A stretch of DNA of 64,000 bases. Origin: an uncultured Acidobacteriota bacterium. Its GTDB lineage: Bacteria > Acidobacteriota > Vicinamibacteria > Vicinamibacterales > UBA8438. Shown in pieces: positions 8,413 to 18,365 of the stretch. The translations under genes were made by a program, and so were the position numbers. The notes under the pieces were generated by a model, which saw nothing but the letters and a program-made list of their open reading frames with translations, searched no databases and was not told the DNA's origin. How positions within the stretch are numbered: the first letter of the stretch is position 1; every line of letters begins with the position of its first letter. The DNA is taken from contig CAJWLU010000019.1 of assembly GCA_913043225.1 (NCBI GenBank), forward strand, positions 1-64,000, read 5' to 3'.

Positions 8413-9480
8413 TCAGAGAACTCCGAGGTGGCGACTGTACGCGGCGATGGTCGTGCCGCGTCCGAGCAGGGCGTGAGACACCGAGGCGTGCGGCCCGATC
8501 CTACAGCGCTCGGCGAGGACACTCTGCCTCAGTTCCGCGTCATCGCCAACCTGGGTGTCTTGCCAGAGGATAGCGTCCTCTACGACCGCCCGCGGTCCGA
8601 TGCTGCAGCGGGCGCCGATCACGGCGCCGCTCCCAATGCGGGCCCCGGCAGCAACCACGACGTCCTCCCCGAGAAAACACGGCCCCTCGAATGTGACATC
8701 TTCACCGACCTGAACGCCCGGCCCTTGCACGACCGCGTCGGTAGCTAGACCGAGAAAGGGACCCGCGGGGCAACGTTGCGCCATGAGGTCCCTGTGCGCC
8801 TGGACGTAGCTTTCCGGAGTGCCGATGTCGAGCCAATACCCATCGTCGACATAGCCCATGAAAGTCTCACCCCGCTCGACCAGCGAGGGGAAATACTGCC
8901 GTTCCACGGACCAGGGCCGATGGGACGGAATCCGGTCGAACGGGGCCGGTTCCAGGACGTAGATTCCGGCGTTGATGGTGTTGCACGTGATTTCGTCCGC
9001 CGACGGCTTTTCGAGGAAGCGCCTTACATTCCCTGCCGGGTCGGTTTCTACCAGGCCGTAGGCGGCGGGGTTCTCCACCGGCGTAAGCACGATGGTTGCC
9101 ACGGCGTCTCTCTCCTGGTGGCGACGCACTACGGAGGCCAAGTCGATTCCCGTCAGGACGTCGCCGTTGAAGACCAGCAGCGTGTCAGTGATGCCCTCTG
9201 AAGCGAACTTGATAGCACCACCAGTGCCAAGCGGCTCTGGCTCGACACGGTATCGAACCGGTAACCCAGCGTCGGCGCCCCGCCCCACCAGGGTTTCGAT
9301 ACGATCCGGTCGATAGTTTAGGCTCAGAATTACCTCGTCAATCTCCGGGACCTTCCGCAGGAGATCGACCTGATGATAGAGAAATGGCCGATCAAAAATC
9401 GGAACGATCGGCTTCGGCTGCTCCAGGGTCAACGGACGGAGCCGGGTGCCAAATCCTCCCGCTAGTATCACGGCCTTCAT
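8413..9480 (-). CDS. NDP-sugar pyrophosphorylase (mannose-1-phosphate guanylyltransferase-like)
   Basis: MKAVILAGGFGTRLRPLT...PKP, EPLGTGG, NGD, FLEKP, WLDIGTP; C-terminal hexapeptide repeats. Confidence 0.93.
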   Translation of the reverse strand: MKAVILAGGFGTRLRPLTLEQPKPIVPIFDRPFLYHQVDLLRKVPEIDEVILSLNYRPDRIETLVGRGADAGLPVRYRVEPEPLGTGGAIKFASEGITDTLLVFNGDVLTGIDLASVVRRHQERDAVATIVLTPVENPAAYGLVETDPAGNVRRFLEKPSADEITCNTINAGIYVLEPAPFDRIPSHRPWSVERQYFPSLVERGETFMGYVDDGYWLDIGTPESYVQAHRDLMAQRCPAGPFLGLATDAVVQGPGVQVGEDVTFEGPCFLGEDVVVAAGARIGSGAVIGARCSIGPRAVVEDAILWQDTQVGDDAELRQSVLAERCRIGPHASVSHALLGRGTTIAAYSRHLGVL

Positions 9481-9614
9481 GGGGCCGGGATTGTAGCATC
9501 CGTCGGTGGTACGCCCCGGGCCGCGGCTGCGCTGCACACGCCGATGACGACGACGGACGGCAGTAGAGGTAGAATTGAGGAGCCCTGGGAAACGTAGCGG
9601 TTCTGGCACTCTCA

Positions 9615-10286
9615 ATGAACCTGCCCAATAGCCTGACCCTGATTCGGATCTTCCTGGTACCGCTCCTGGTCGTGGTGCTGCTCACCAAGTTCGATGGAGC
9701 AGTCATCTTCGGCATTGGAAAGGAGCTGGTCGGCGCTGCCATCTTCGGAGTCGCGGCGCTGACGGACTGGCTCGACGGTTATTTGGCCCGTCGCCGGCAG
9801 CAGGTCACCACTTTTGGTCAATTGATGGACCCGCTGGCCGACAAACTCCTGATTACGGCGGCACTTGTGTCTCTAGTCCAGATGGAACTGGCCCCGGCCT
9901 GGATGGTAGCTGTGATCCTTGGACGCGAGCTTGGCGTGACGATGCTCCGAAGCGTCGCCTACTCGCGCGGCGTTACCATTCCGGCCTCGCCCCTGGGTAA
10001 GGCGAAGATGATGTCGCAGGTGATTGCGATCCTGTTGCTGATCCTGGGACGCGAGCTGCTACAGGGGTTCTTCGTGTTGGGACAGATCGCGCTCTGGGTC
10101 GTGGTGGCCACCGCCCTCGTGTCGGCCGCGGACTATTACTGGCGGTTCACCCAACTCTCTTCGCACGACCAGGTTAGCGATTTCGAAGCGGCTCGGGAAC
10201 GGGCTACTAGAAGGCGCGTCGCGGGCGAGGAGCCTACCGATGAGGCAGCGGAGCCAGCAGGGCGCAGGGTGGCGTCTCGGACGTAG
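9615..10286 (+). CDS. pgsA: CDP-diacylglycerol--glycerol-3-phosphate 3-phosphatidyltransferase
   Basis: MNLPNSLTLIR; DWLDGYLARR...FGQLMDPLADK CDP-alcohol phosphotransferase motif. Confidence 0.93.
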   Translation: MNLPNSLTLIRIFLVPLLVVVLLTKFDGAVIFGIGKELVGAAIFGVAALTDWLDGYLARRRQQVTTFGQLMDPLADKLLITAALVSLVQMELAPAWMVAVILGRELGVTMLRSVAYSRGVTIPASPLGKAKMMSQVIAILLLILGRELLQGFFVLGQIALWVVVATALVSAADYYWRFTQLSSHDQVSDFEAARERATRRRVAGEEPTDEAAEPAGRRVASRT

Positions 10287-10499
10287 CCGACCAGGCTGAC
10301 CGATGGTGTCCTGCGGCGTTACCGCGGTGCACCGGCCAGCTCAATTCGAACAAACGAACCGTGGCCGAGACCTCTGCGACGAAACCGTCATCGCCTCCCC
10401 GGCCAGGGTCGTCGGGTTCTCGGGATTCCGCGTTTACGATCGGAAGAGGGGCATCCGGCCGTCCGTCGCGAGACGGGTCGCCCCCATGACTGAGCAACA

Positions 10500-10740
10500 T
10501 GAATACCCCGAGGAGCCCGTTGCCTTCCCGTCGAGACCCAACAACATCCGCGTGGGCGCTTCGAACTCGGATTGGTCGTGCGGTTCAGGGCTGACGTCGA
10601 CAGGTCATTCCTGCGGTTCTAACACGTGGCCCCGGAGGAGCTAGCTACGAGCGTGCTCGACCACGGCTAGCAAGGCGCCTCATCGCCTCGGTTTCCGAGG
10701 GCTCGCAACCCCGGACGCGTGAGAGGCACGAACCGCAGTG
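10500..10740 (-). ncRNA. Candidate structured RNA in the pgsA-bamD intergenic region (family not identified)
   Basis: Long imperfect hairpin whose G-U pairs favour the minus strand; see findings. Confidence 0.2.
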
Positions 10741-10810
10741 TGATGGCCTGGACAATGCCACGACGAGCGCGGGAAGCCCCTCCCCCGAGGGCAGGACCTA
10801 GGGGGAATGG

Positions 10811-11605
10811 TCACTGGTCCTGTGTCGCTTCGAGTTCGGCGAGTTTCATTCGCGCCTGTTCGGCGTACTCACTCTCGGTGAACTCATCGATGATGCGGGC
10901 GAAGTAGGGAATGGCCTCGGCCGTCTGGCCCGTTGAGGCGAGCGCATCGGCGAGGAGGAAAAACACTTCATCTCGGCTGGAAAAATCAGGGGCGTTGTCA
11001 AGAACCTCCCGGAACCGACTAATCGCGCCGGCCCAACTCTTAAACCGATGGTAAAACTGGCCTACGAGAAAATGGTGCTCGCCTAGTCGATCCCTGGCCT
11101 CTCGCGCTCGCTCCTCCACCTGCGGCATCAACTCGTGCGCAGGCGGATACTGCGCTATGAACGCCTCGAACTCACGGATAGCGTTGATCGTCTCGGTCTG
11201 ATCTCGCTCCGGGGTGCGCATCTGATGAAAGTGCACCATGCCGACTTTAAACTGCGCGTAGGCGGCTCGCGGATGAGTAGGGTAGAGGTTCAAGAAGTCA
11301 TTGAACTCATTTAGCGCCTGTACGTACGATTCGGCCGACCCCTCTCCCTCGTAGGTGTCTCCGATGAACAGACGCGCATCGGCCCGAAATGGACTCTGGG
11401 GATAGTTGTCGCGGATCTGAATGAAATACTCGCGCGCTGTGGCCCAGTTCTCTTCTTCCATGGCATCAGTGCCACGCTCGAAGAGAATCCGGTCCGCCTC
11501 GAGTTGTGGCACCGGGATCTGCGCCTCGTTTCCCCCGCAGGCCACAGCGAAAACGGCCAGTGCGACCGCGGCGGCGGTCGGTCCTCGTCTCATCATCTCG
11601 GTCAT
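10811..11605 (-). CDS. bamD: Outer membrane protein assembly factor BamD
   Basis: Lipobox FAVAC; TPRs; YPQSPF, FLNLYPTHPRAAYAQF, RDQTET. Confidence 0.92.
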   Translation of the reverse strand: MTEMMRRGPTAAAVALAVFAVACGGNEAQIPVPQLEADRILFERGTDAMEEENWATAREYFIQIRDNYPQSPFRADARLFIGDTYEGEGSAESYVQALNEFNDFLNLYPTHPRAAYAQFKVGMVHFHQMRTPERDQTETINAIREFEAFIAQYPPAHELMPQVEERAREARDRLGEHHFLVGQFYHRFKSWAGAISRFREVLDNAPDFSSRDEVFFLLADALASTGQTAEAIPYFARIIDEFTESEYAEQARMKLAELEATQDQ

Positions 11606-11805
11606 CCTGCCGTACCGGTCTCAACGGTCCAACGATACTCCGCGGCTATGCCCTCCGCCAACGTAACCGTGGGCGAAAACCCCAGGGCTTCGCGAGCCGC
11701 CATCGTGTCCGCATACGTGTCGCGCCTGTCGCATTTCTGCGCCTTGAGCCGCTCGGCCAGGTGTGAAGCCACGAACCCGGCCGTGCCGATCACAAAGGCC
11801 TTCAC
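11602..11805 (-). pseudogene. NAD-dependent epimerase/dehydratase remnant with in-frame internal deletion
   Basis: Rossmann N-terminus MKAFVIGTAGFVASHLAERL joined directly to C-terminal AQKCDRRDTYADT...LGFSPTVTLAEGI; only 67 aa. Confidence 0.85.
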
Positions 11806-12209
11806 CCGAATATCTTTCGCACGGCTACGGGGAGTCGGACTGGGCGACCATCCCGGTTCACGGCCGCATGTACCGTCCGCCCGATCGCCGCCACCACTGC
11901 GTCCTCGGTTTGACGAATCTCGTAATCGAATCGAATTCTGGCCGACGACAACAGCTTGCCCGAGGTATGGATCGTAAGTTCGTCGTCATAACGGGCCGAA
12001 CGACGATAGTCACACTGCGCCTCGACAACCGGCAGCATAAGCCCGGCGGCCTCGATCGTTCGGTAGGTCTGGCCGAGCGAACGCAGAAGGTCGCAGCGTC
12101 CCACTTCGAACCAGACGAAGTAGTTCGCGTGGTAGACCACCTGCATCGCGTCTGTTTCAGCGTATCGCACGCGCACGGACGTTTCGTGGCTCGGCACGCT
12201 GTCAGTCAC
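11802..12209 (-). CDS. Acyl-CoA thioesterase (YbgC/4HBT family)
   Basis: VRVRYAETDAMQVVYHANYFVWFEVGR; GTG start overlaps the rpe stop. Confidence 0.92.
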   Translation of the reverse strand: MTDSVPSHETSVRVRYAETDAMQVVYHANYFVWFEVGRCDLLRSLGQTYRTIEAAGLMLPVVEAQCDYRRSARYDDELTIHTSGKLLSSARIRFDYEIRQTEDAVVAAIGRTVHAAVNRDGRPVRLPVAVRKIFG

Positions 12210-12876
12210 CCATGGAGACCTTACCGGCCGCCGTCCGCAAATCTCGCACCGCCTGAGTCGGGTCCGGCTGACCGAACACGGCCGCCCCGGCCACGACGAT
12301 CCCGGCACCAGCCTCGACAACGTCTGCGATGTTTGAGGTATCGATGCCGCCGTCAACCTCAATCTCCGCGCTATTGCCGGCCTCGTCGAGCAGCCGCCGG
12401 ACCTGGCGAATCTTTCGTTCGCTGCCGGGAATAAACCGCTGTCCACCGAAGCCCGGGTTGACCGACATAACGAGCACGAAGTCCACGAATCTCACAATTT
12501 CGTCCAACGCCCCGACCGGGGTCGCCGGATTCAGCACCACGCCAGCCTCGGCGCCCAGTTGTTTGATGCGCTCGATCGTGCGATGCAAATGGGTCACTGC
12601 TTCGACGTGTACGGAGAGCATCCCCGCACCAGCGTCGACAAAGGCCTCGAGATAAAGGTCGGGGTTGCTGACCATCAAGTGAACGTCAAGCGGCTTGGTC
12701 GCGATCCGCGCGAGGGACCGGACCACGGGAGGACCGATGGTGATGTTCGGAACGAAATGACCATCCATCACGTCAACGTGGATCAGGTCCGCGCCTCCGG
12801 CCTGCGCCAGCTGAACTGCGGCGCCAAGTGTCGCGAAATCAGCGGACAAGATAGACGGCGCCAGCCGCACGCTCAT
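12202..12876 (-). CDS. rpe: Ribulose-phosphate 3-epimerase
   Basis: APSILSADF, HVDVMDGHFVPNIT, MSVNPGFGGQ, EVDGG. Confidence 0.97.
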   Translation of the reverse strand: MSVRLAPSILSADFATLGAAVQLAQAGGADLIHVDVMDGHFVPNITIGPPVVRSLARIATKPLDVHLMVSNPDLYLEAFVDAGAGMLSVHVEAVTHLHRTIERIKQLGAEAGVVLNPATPVGALDEIVRFVDFVLVMSVNPGFGGQRFIPGSERKIRQVRRLLDEAGNSAEIEVDGGIDTSNIADVVEAGAGIVVAGAAVFGQPDPTQAVRDLRTAAGKVSMGD

Positions 12877-13757
12877 TGACTCACCTCCAATGAGATCGCC
12901 TCACCGTGGGCGATCTGGAAACCCGCCCGAGGAAACTGCCGCAGAACGACACCGGCCTCGACGCCAGGATAGGGATGGTCACCCACGACCGAAACCCTGA
13001 ACCCACGCGCGCGAAGCACTTCCTCTAAACGCGCCCCGTGCACGCCGATCAGATCGGGCATGACGTAGGTGGCGCCCCGTTCGCCCCGGTTGATAAGAAT
13101 GCCGACCGTCGAGCCCGCCCCCAGGGACGGTGGCTCCTGGGCGACGACCGAGTCAGTCGGATAGCGACCAGACCGAATCTCGGCGATCGCTCGGAGGTGG
13201 AGGGCGTCTTCCTCGAGCCGCTCACGGGCTCCGCGCTCGGACTGTCCGATCAGGGCCGGGATTGAACCAGCGCTGGGACCCGAGCTGAGCCATACCTTGA
13301 CGCTTCGCCGGCTGCGGGTGGTTAAGCCGGCCGCTGGATCCTGTACCGCGATGTTACCGGCCGGAATCGTGGGATGGATCCGGGTCAGCGGTTCAATCCG
13401 AACGCTCAGGCCTGCCTCTCCGAGCCGCACCGTCGCTTCTTGGACCGTCTGGCCAGCGAGCTCGGGCACGCCGACCTCGCGGAACCGGAGCGCGACCTGC
13501 AGCCCCACGACCGCAAACAGTCCAAAGGTTACGACCGCCACCAGCAGCACGACCAGACCCATTGCGGTGCGCCACAGCCAGGGTGGCAGCCGTCTCCGGA
13601 GGATGGTCGTCCACCCCGATACCATGGACCGGAGGCCTCGCGTCGCGGAACGACGAATCGAGGACTCCGGCTGGCTGCGCCGCCGCGGGGGGTCGGGTGG
13701 GTGAAGGATGGATGTCATCCTCGTAGAACGTACTACAGTTATACCCTCATCACTCAT
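12873..13757 (-). CDS. PASTA domain-containing membrane protein
   Basis: TM helix then three PASTA repeats (VPELAG, IPALIG, MPDLIG); start uncertain. Confidence 0.87.
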   Translation of the reverse strand: MSDEGITVVRSTRMTSILHPPDPPRRRSQPESSIRRSATRGLRSMVSGWTTILRRRLPPWLWRTAMGLVVLLVAVVTFGLFAVVGLQVALRFREVGVPELAGQTVQEATVRLGEAGLSVRIEPLTRIHPTIPAGNIAVQDPAAGLTTRSRRSVKVWLSSGPSAGSIPALIGQSERGARERLEEDALHLRAIAEIRSGRYPTDSVVAQEPPSLGAGSTVGILINRGERGATYVMPDLIGVHGARLEEVLRARGFRVSVVGDHPYPGVEAGVVLRQFPRAGFQIAHGEAISLEVSQ

Positions 13758-15103
13758 TACCGCCGTCGGAGAAGCGCCCCGAAGAACCCCTCGAGTCCGT
13801 GAGCATCCGGGCGGGTCACCAGAAAACCGTTTCCGTCGAGCAGTTCGGCGGGGACTGTAGTCTCACGGGACGGTCGGCTAAGTTCGAACTCGGAATGTCG
13901 CCGGAGGAATGCCTCGACCACCAGGGCGTTCTCCTCTGGCTCCGTCGAGCACGTGGCGTACAACAGACGGCCCGAACTGGTGATCGTTCGTGCCGCCTGC
14001 TCGAGCATTTGTAGCTGCACTGCGTGAAAGCGAGCCAAGTCTTCCGGCGTTCGGCGCCACCGGATCTCCGGATCGCTGCGGATTACTCCCAGCCCAGAGC
14101 AGGGCACATCGAGGAGCACGCAATCGAACACCGGACCGAACGGCAGCGGGTGAGTCGCATCGAGTCTCAGCACACTCGTCCGAGCAACCGCCATTCGGGT
14201 CAAAGTGCGCCGAAGCAGCTGGACACGGCCCCGGCGACGTTCACCAGCGACAACCCAGCCTCTCCCCTCGAGACCGCTCGCGAGCGTGAGCGTCTTTCCG
14301 CCGGGGGCAGCGCAGGCGTCGAGAACCCGTTCCCCTGGCGCAACCCCGGCGAAGGCTGCAACCAGCTGACTGGCTTCATCCTGCACATGAAAGAGTCCGG
14401 CCTCGAACGCAGCAGTCCGAAATGGATTGCCAGTCACCACTCGCAGGCCATTGTGCGCGAAGCGGGTGGCGGTGGTGGTCACCCCCTCTTGCAGCAACGC
14501 CTCGGCTACCGAGGTCCGGCCGTGCCGTCGCGTATTGGCGCACAGCGTCAGCACCGCCGGCTGATTATTGAAGGCAACCCACTGTCTTGTGGTGTCATGG
14601 CCGAGTCGCTCCAACCATCGGCGCACCAGCCAATCGGGGTGAGAACCGGCGATGCCGAGGAATCGAATCTGGTCTTCTCGGGATCCCGTCGTGCCAGGAT
14701 CAACTGGTAGATCCCGGCGGCCGGACGGCGTCGACAGCGTTCGGAGCACCGCGTTCACTAAACCGGCGGCACTGGACTTACGGGCCGTCCGGACCAACCG
14801 TACCGATTCCGACACCGCGGCTGCGGCCGGCACACGCTCCAGATGCCGGAGCTGATAGGCACCGAGCCGGAGAACGCTCAACACCTCAGGGTCGAGCTCC
14901 TTCGGCTCGCGGCGGGCGCCACGTCCGATCTCGAAGTCGAGAGCGCGCCGCCAGCGGAGAGCGCCGGTGGTCAACTCGGTGACAAGCGCTCGGTCCCGAG
15001 AGTCGGGGAGCCCATCCCGGTGCTGCGTGAGAGCTGCGGGCAGGTCCTCTCCGGCATCGACAGCCCGAAGCACGCGGTAGGCGGCCAGGCGGGCAACGCT
15101 CAT
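13757..15103 (-). CDS. rsmB: 16S rRNA m5C967 methyltransferase
   Basis: NusB-like N-terminus; QDEASQ, DACAAPGGKT, DVPCSGLG, YATCS. Confidence 0.95.
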   Translation of the reverse strand: MSVARLAAYRVLRAVDAGEDLPAALTQHRDGLPDSRDRALVTELTTGALRWRRALDFEIGRGARREPKELDPEVLSVLRLGAYQLRHLERVPAAAAVSESVRLVRTARKSSAAGLVNAVLRTLSTPSGRRDLPVDPGTTGSREDQIRFLGIAGSHPDWLVRRWLERLGHDTTRQWVAFNNQPAVLTLCANTRRHGRTSVAEALLQEGVTTTATRFAHNGLRVVTGNPFRTAAFEAGLFHVQDEASQLVAAFAGVAPGERVLDACAAPGGKTLTLASGLEGRGWVVAGERRRGRVQLLRRTLTRMAVARTSVLRLDATHPLPFGPVFDCVLLDVPCSGLGVIRSDPEIRWRRTPEDLARFHAVQLQMLEQAARTITSSGRLLYATCSTEPEENALVVEAFLRRHSEFELSRPSRETTVPAELLDGNGFLVTRPDAHGLEGFFGALLRRR

Positions 15104-16056
15104 GACGATGTCGGAGTGAGAGTGAATCGAGCGTCCAACGTGATCGGATGGCCTGAAAGGAACGCGCGTGCTTCCATCCCAGCGCGTCCCTCAGGTTGCA
15201 GCCTGGTGATCGCCAGCGAAGTGCCATCGCCGCACTGGACCACCAGACGGTCACCTCGTGCCTCAAGAATGACGCCCGGAGCCCGGGCGTCGCCTGGGCA
15301 GTCGAGCACACGCGTGCGGAGGATCAAGAGCCGGCGGTCCCCAAGGTAGGTTGCCGCGTGAGGCCAAGGATGGAGGCCTCGCACTTGGTCATGGAGCCGC
15401 TGGGCCGGTCGGGTCCAGTCGATCCTACCGTCCTCCCGGGTCAAGCGCGGAGCGAAAGTGGCCATGACGTGGTCCTGATCCTTCTCAAGAACGCGTTCCT
15501 CTTCAAAAGCACGGAGGGTCTCGATCAAGAGCGTCGCGCCGAGCGCTGCGAGCCCTTGCTCCAGTTCTTCACTCGTGTCGTCCGGGCCAATAGGATGGGT
15601 TGCTCGAGCCAGCATCGGACCGGCGTCCATCTCGGCGACCAGCCGGATCATGGTGATTCCCGTCTCCGTGTCTCCCGCCATCACCGCGCGATGGATGGGC
15701 GCCGCGCCGCGGTAGCGGGGCAAGAGCGACGCATGCACGTTGATCGTGCCCAATGCTGGAATGCTGAGCACTTCGTCCGGGAGAATCCGACCGTAGGCAG
15801 CTACGACGCCGAGTGTGGGAGCCGCCTGCGCCATTGCCGCCAGGAAGGTCGGATCCCGCATACGCTGGGGTTGGAGGACCGCCAGATTGGCTGCGACGGC
15901 CGCCGCCTTGACCGGCGAGGGGCTCGTTCGCTGCCCGCGGCCACGACGTCGATCCGGTTGGGTAACGACCGCCGCGACATCGTGTCCAGCAGCGAGCATT
16001 CCCTCAAGCGACGGTACGGCGAAGTCGGGGGTCCCGAAGAAGACGACCCTCACCAT
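15100..16056 (-). CDS. fmt: Methionyl-tRNA formyltransferase
   Basis: FFGTPDFA, TQPDR, NVHASLLPRYRGAAPI, MDAGP. Confidence 0.97.
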   Translation of the reverse strand: MVRVVFFGTPDFAVPSLEGMLAAGHDVAAVVTQPDRRRGRGQRTSPSPVKAAAVAANLAVLQPQRMRDPTFLAAMAQAAPTLGVVAAYGRILPDEVLSIPALGTINVHASLLPRYRGAAPIHRAVMAGDTETGITMIRLVAEMDAGPMLARATHPIGPDDTSEELEQGLAALGATLLIETLRAFEEERVLEKDQDHVMATFAPRLTREDGRIDWTRPAQRLHDQVRGLHPWPHAATYLGDRRLLILRTRVLDCPGDARAPGVILEARGDRLVVQCGDGTSLAITRLQPEGRAGMEARAFLSGHPITLDARFTLTPTSS

Positions 16057-16559
16057 TTCCCCGAGCGCTGGAGTTTTCGGACACGACGCACGATCAGGTC
16101 CCGGCGAATCCCGCGCAACCGATTCACGAAGAGCGCGCCGTCAAGATGATCGAGTTCGTGCGAGAAGACCCGCGCCAGCAGCCCCTCACCCTCCACACTG
16201 GTGGTGGCTCCGTCCCGATTCTGGCCCTCGAGGACGAGTCGAGTAGGGCGGGGCACGGCCGCAGTGAAGCCCGGAAGACTCAGGCAGCCTTCTTCTTCAC
16301 GCTGGACTCCGTCCTCTTCCACCAGACGAGGGTTTATCAGAATGATGAGCTCGTCCGCTGATCGTCCTGCCGACGGGTCAGCGACAAAAAGCCTCTGCGA
16401 CACCCCCACTTGCGGCGCTGCCAGTCCAACTCCGGGTGCGGCGTACATAGTGTCTACCATGTCATCGATCAGGCGCTGCAGGTCGTCGTCGAAGCGCTGC
16501 ACCTCGGAGGCCGACCCATGCAGGGTGTCGGCGCCGTAACGGAGTATCGGACGGATCAT
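16050..16559 (-). CDS. def: Peptide deformylase
   Basis: GVGLAAPQVG, EGCLS, HELDHLDG. Confidence 0.97.
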   Translation of the reverse strand: MIRPILRYGADTLHGSASEVQRFDDDLQRLIDDMVDTMYAAPGVGLAAPQVGVSQRLFVADPSAGRSADELIILINPRLVEEDGVQREEEGCLSLPGFTAAVPRPTRLVLEGQNRDGATTSVEGEGLLARVFSHELDHLDGALFVNRLRGIRRDLIVRRVRKLQRSGKW

Positions 16560-17055
16560 GGCACGCAGGAACGGTGGGCAAGCGGCGTGGTCCCCGGCCG
16601 CCATTGTAGACGAAGTTTCTACGTACCCTACGCAGGCCTAGGCGTTCTGGAGCGCGGGAACGAGGAATGTCATCGATCCTCCGAAGGATGATGTTCTTGC
16701 TCTGATAACCGAACGTCCCCACCGCGGAGCATTTCTGAGGCGCCCGAGCGCAGGGGTTGCCAGAGAATCGACAGGTGTGACGATTCAGGCGACACCATTA
16801 CGTGTAGAGCATTGTGCGTCCGCCGCGCAGCGCCAGGCTTGGACCGGGCGGATCATTAAGCGCGATCGGTATGTTCGCGAACCAAGTCTACGCCTTGCAG
16901 TAGAACCAACTGTGCCTTTAACGACATCTTTTCAGGGGGGGGGCTAATACGGGCTGGCTGGCGGTTCTGAAAGGCAGTCCTCGCCCTCAGATTCGGACAG
17001 CAGGGGCTCTCTAAGCTGCTAAAGCGTCTCGGCCTCGAGAACCGGCCGTCGCGCC

Positions 17056-18354
17056 TCAACCAAACAGCAGGTTGACGATGAAGACCCCCGCCAGGATACC
17101 GGCCGTGTCAGCTGCAAGACAGGCCGGCACCGTGTGTCGCGTGGTCTTCACACCGACCGCGCCGTAGTAGACAGCTAATGTGTAGAAGGTAGTTTCGGTG
17201 CTCCCCTGGAACGTGCTGACCATATATCCGATCAGGCTGTCCGGACCGTGGGCAGTCATCGTCTCCGCCATCACCCCGAATGCGCCCTGGCCCGTCAGGG
17301 GACGAAGCAGCGCCATAGGGAGCACCTCTGGAGGCATGCCGATAAGGCTGGTGAGGGGCGCAATGAGCCCAGCCAGCAGGTCTATACCGCCCGACGCTCG
17401 GAACATGCCGATGACGACGAGGACCGCTACCAGGTACGGAATGATCCTGATCGCGACCTCGAACCCCTGCTTGGCTCCCTCCACCAGCGAGTCGTAGACT
17501 TGGACGCCACGAGCCCAGCCGTACAGTACGAGAACGGCGACCAGCGACGGGAGCATCCAGGCTCCGGAGAGCTGCGTTAGTGCATCGGTTGGGCCCTCAT
17601 CGCGTAGCGCCCACGCCTCTCGAGCCAGCAGGACTAGCATTGCGAGCCAGAAGAGTCGTACCACCCAGCGTCGGGTGGAGTCGGGCCTCCGCTCCGGGCC
17701 TCCCACAGTGGTGCCTGAGACCTCTGCCTCACCGGCCAGTGCGTCGGAGACGAGCAGGGCAGGCTCCGTGCGCCGATACAACGCCAGTCGGCTCAGTAAA
17801 ATCGCGGCCGCGATCCCAACCACGGTGGCGCATCCGCTGGCGAACCATGTCGGCACGAAGATCCCCATGGCATCCTGCGAGCCCACCGAAGCTCTGAGCG
17901 CGACCACGCCAGAGGGCAGGATCGCCAGCGCGGACGTGTTGATGGCGAGAAACAGCACCATTGCGTTGGTGGCGGTTCCAGGCTTTGAATTGAGCTTCTC
18001 CAGTTCCTCCATCGCCTTGATCCCAAACGGGGTCGCGGCATTACCCAGGCCCATCATGTTGCTCGCAATGTTCAGGATCATCGCGCTCATGGCCGGGCTG
18101 TCGGGTGGGACCGACGGAAAAAGGCGGCCCATGATCGGACCAATCAGTCGGGCAATGTGGCGGGTCAGACCGGCGTTCTCGACCACGCGCATCAGTCCCA
18201 GGAAGAAGGCCATCAACCCGACCAGACCGATAGCCAAGTCGACGGCGCCTCGCGCCGAAGTCACGATGGCATCCGTCAAGGCCTCCATCTGCCCGCTGAG
18301 CCCGGCAAGCAGGACTGCCGCGGCCGCGGCGACGACTATGAGCCCGTTGAGCAT
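17056..18354 (-). CDS. Fused SpmA/SpmB nucleoside-recognition (gate) membrane protein
   Basis: NMMGLGNAATPFGIKAM (SpmA); LLRPLTG, GSTETTFYTLAVYYG (SpmB). Confidence 0.9.
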   Translation of the reverse strand: MLNGLIVVAAAAAVLLAGLSGQMEALTDAIVTSARGAVDLAIGLVGLMAFFLGLMRVVENAGLTRHIARLIGPIMGRLFPSVPPDSPAMSAMILNIASNMMGLGNAATPFGIKAMEELEKLNSKPGTATNAMVLFLAINTSALAILPSGVVALRASVGSQDAMGIFVPTWFASGCATVVGIAAAILLSRLALYRRTEPALLVSDALAGEAEVSGTTVGGPERRPDSTRRWVVRLFWLAMLVLLAREAWALRDEGPTDALTQLSGAWMLPSLVAVLVLYGWARGVQVYDSLVEGAKQGFEVAIRIIPYLVAVLVVIGMFRASGGIDLLAGLIAPLTSLIGMPPEVLPMALLRPLTGQGAFGVMAETMTAHGPDSLIGYMVSTFQGSTETTFYTLAVYYGAVGVKTTRHTVPACLAADTAGILAGVFIVNLLFG

Positions 18355-18365
18355 GTGAGCGTGGC

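Noticed and set aside
10290..10490. tmRNA, RNase P or SRP RNA
   Set aside because: GGGGGCGA on the minus strand resembles a tmRNA start, but there is no T-arm/acceptor 3' end. No GAGGAAAGUCC (RNase P) and no SRP domain IV motif.
15196..16149. Long antisense ORFs (e.g. 15196-16149, 29134-30075, 40207-41049) and the alternate-frame ORF 46416-47438
   Set aside because: Shadow ORFs of well-supported genes, expected in high-GC DNA.
16605..17055. Gap between spmAB and def with a G9 run and short ORFs (MSLKAQLVLLQGVD...)
   Set aside because: Could be a decayed gene, but no family is recognisable and there is no evidence that the homopolymer is phase-variable.
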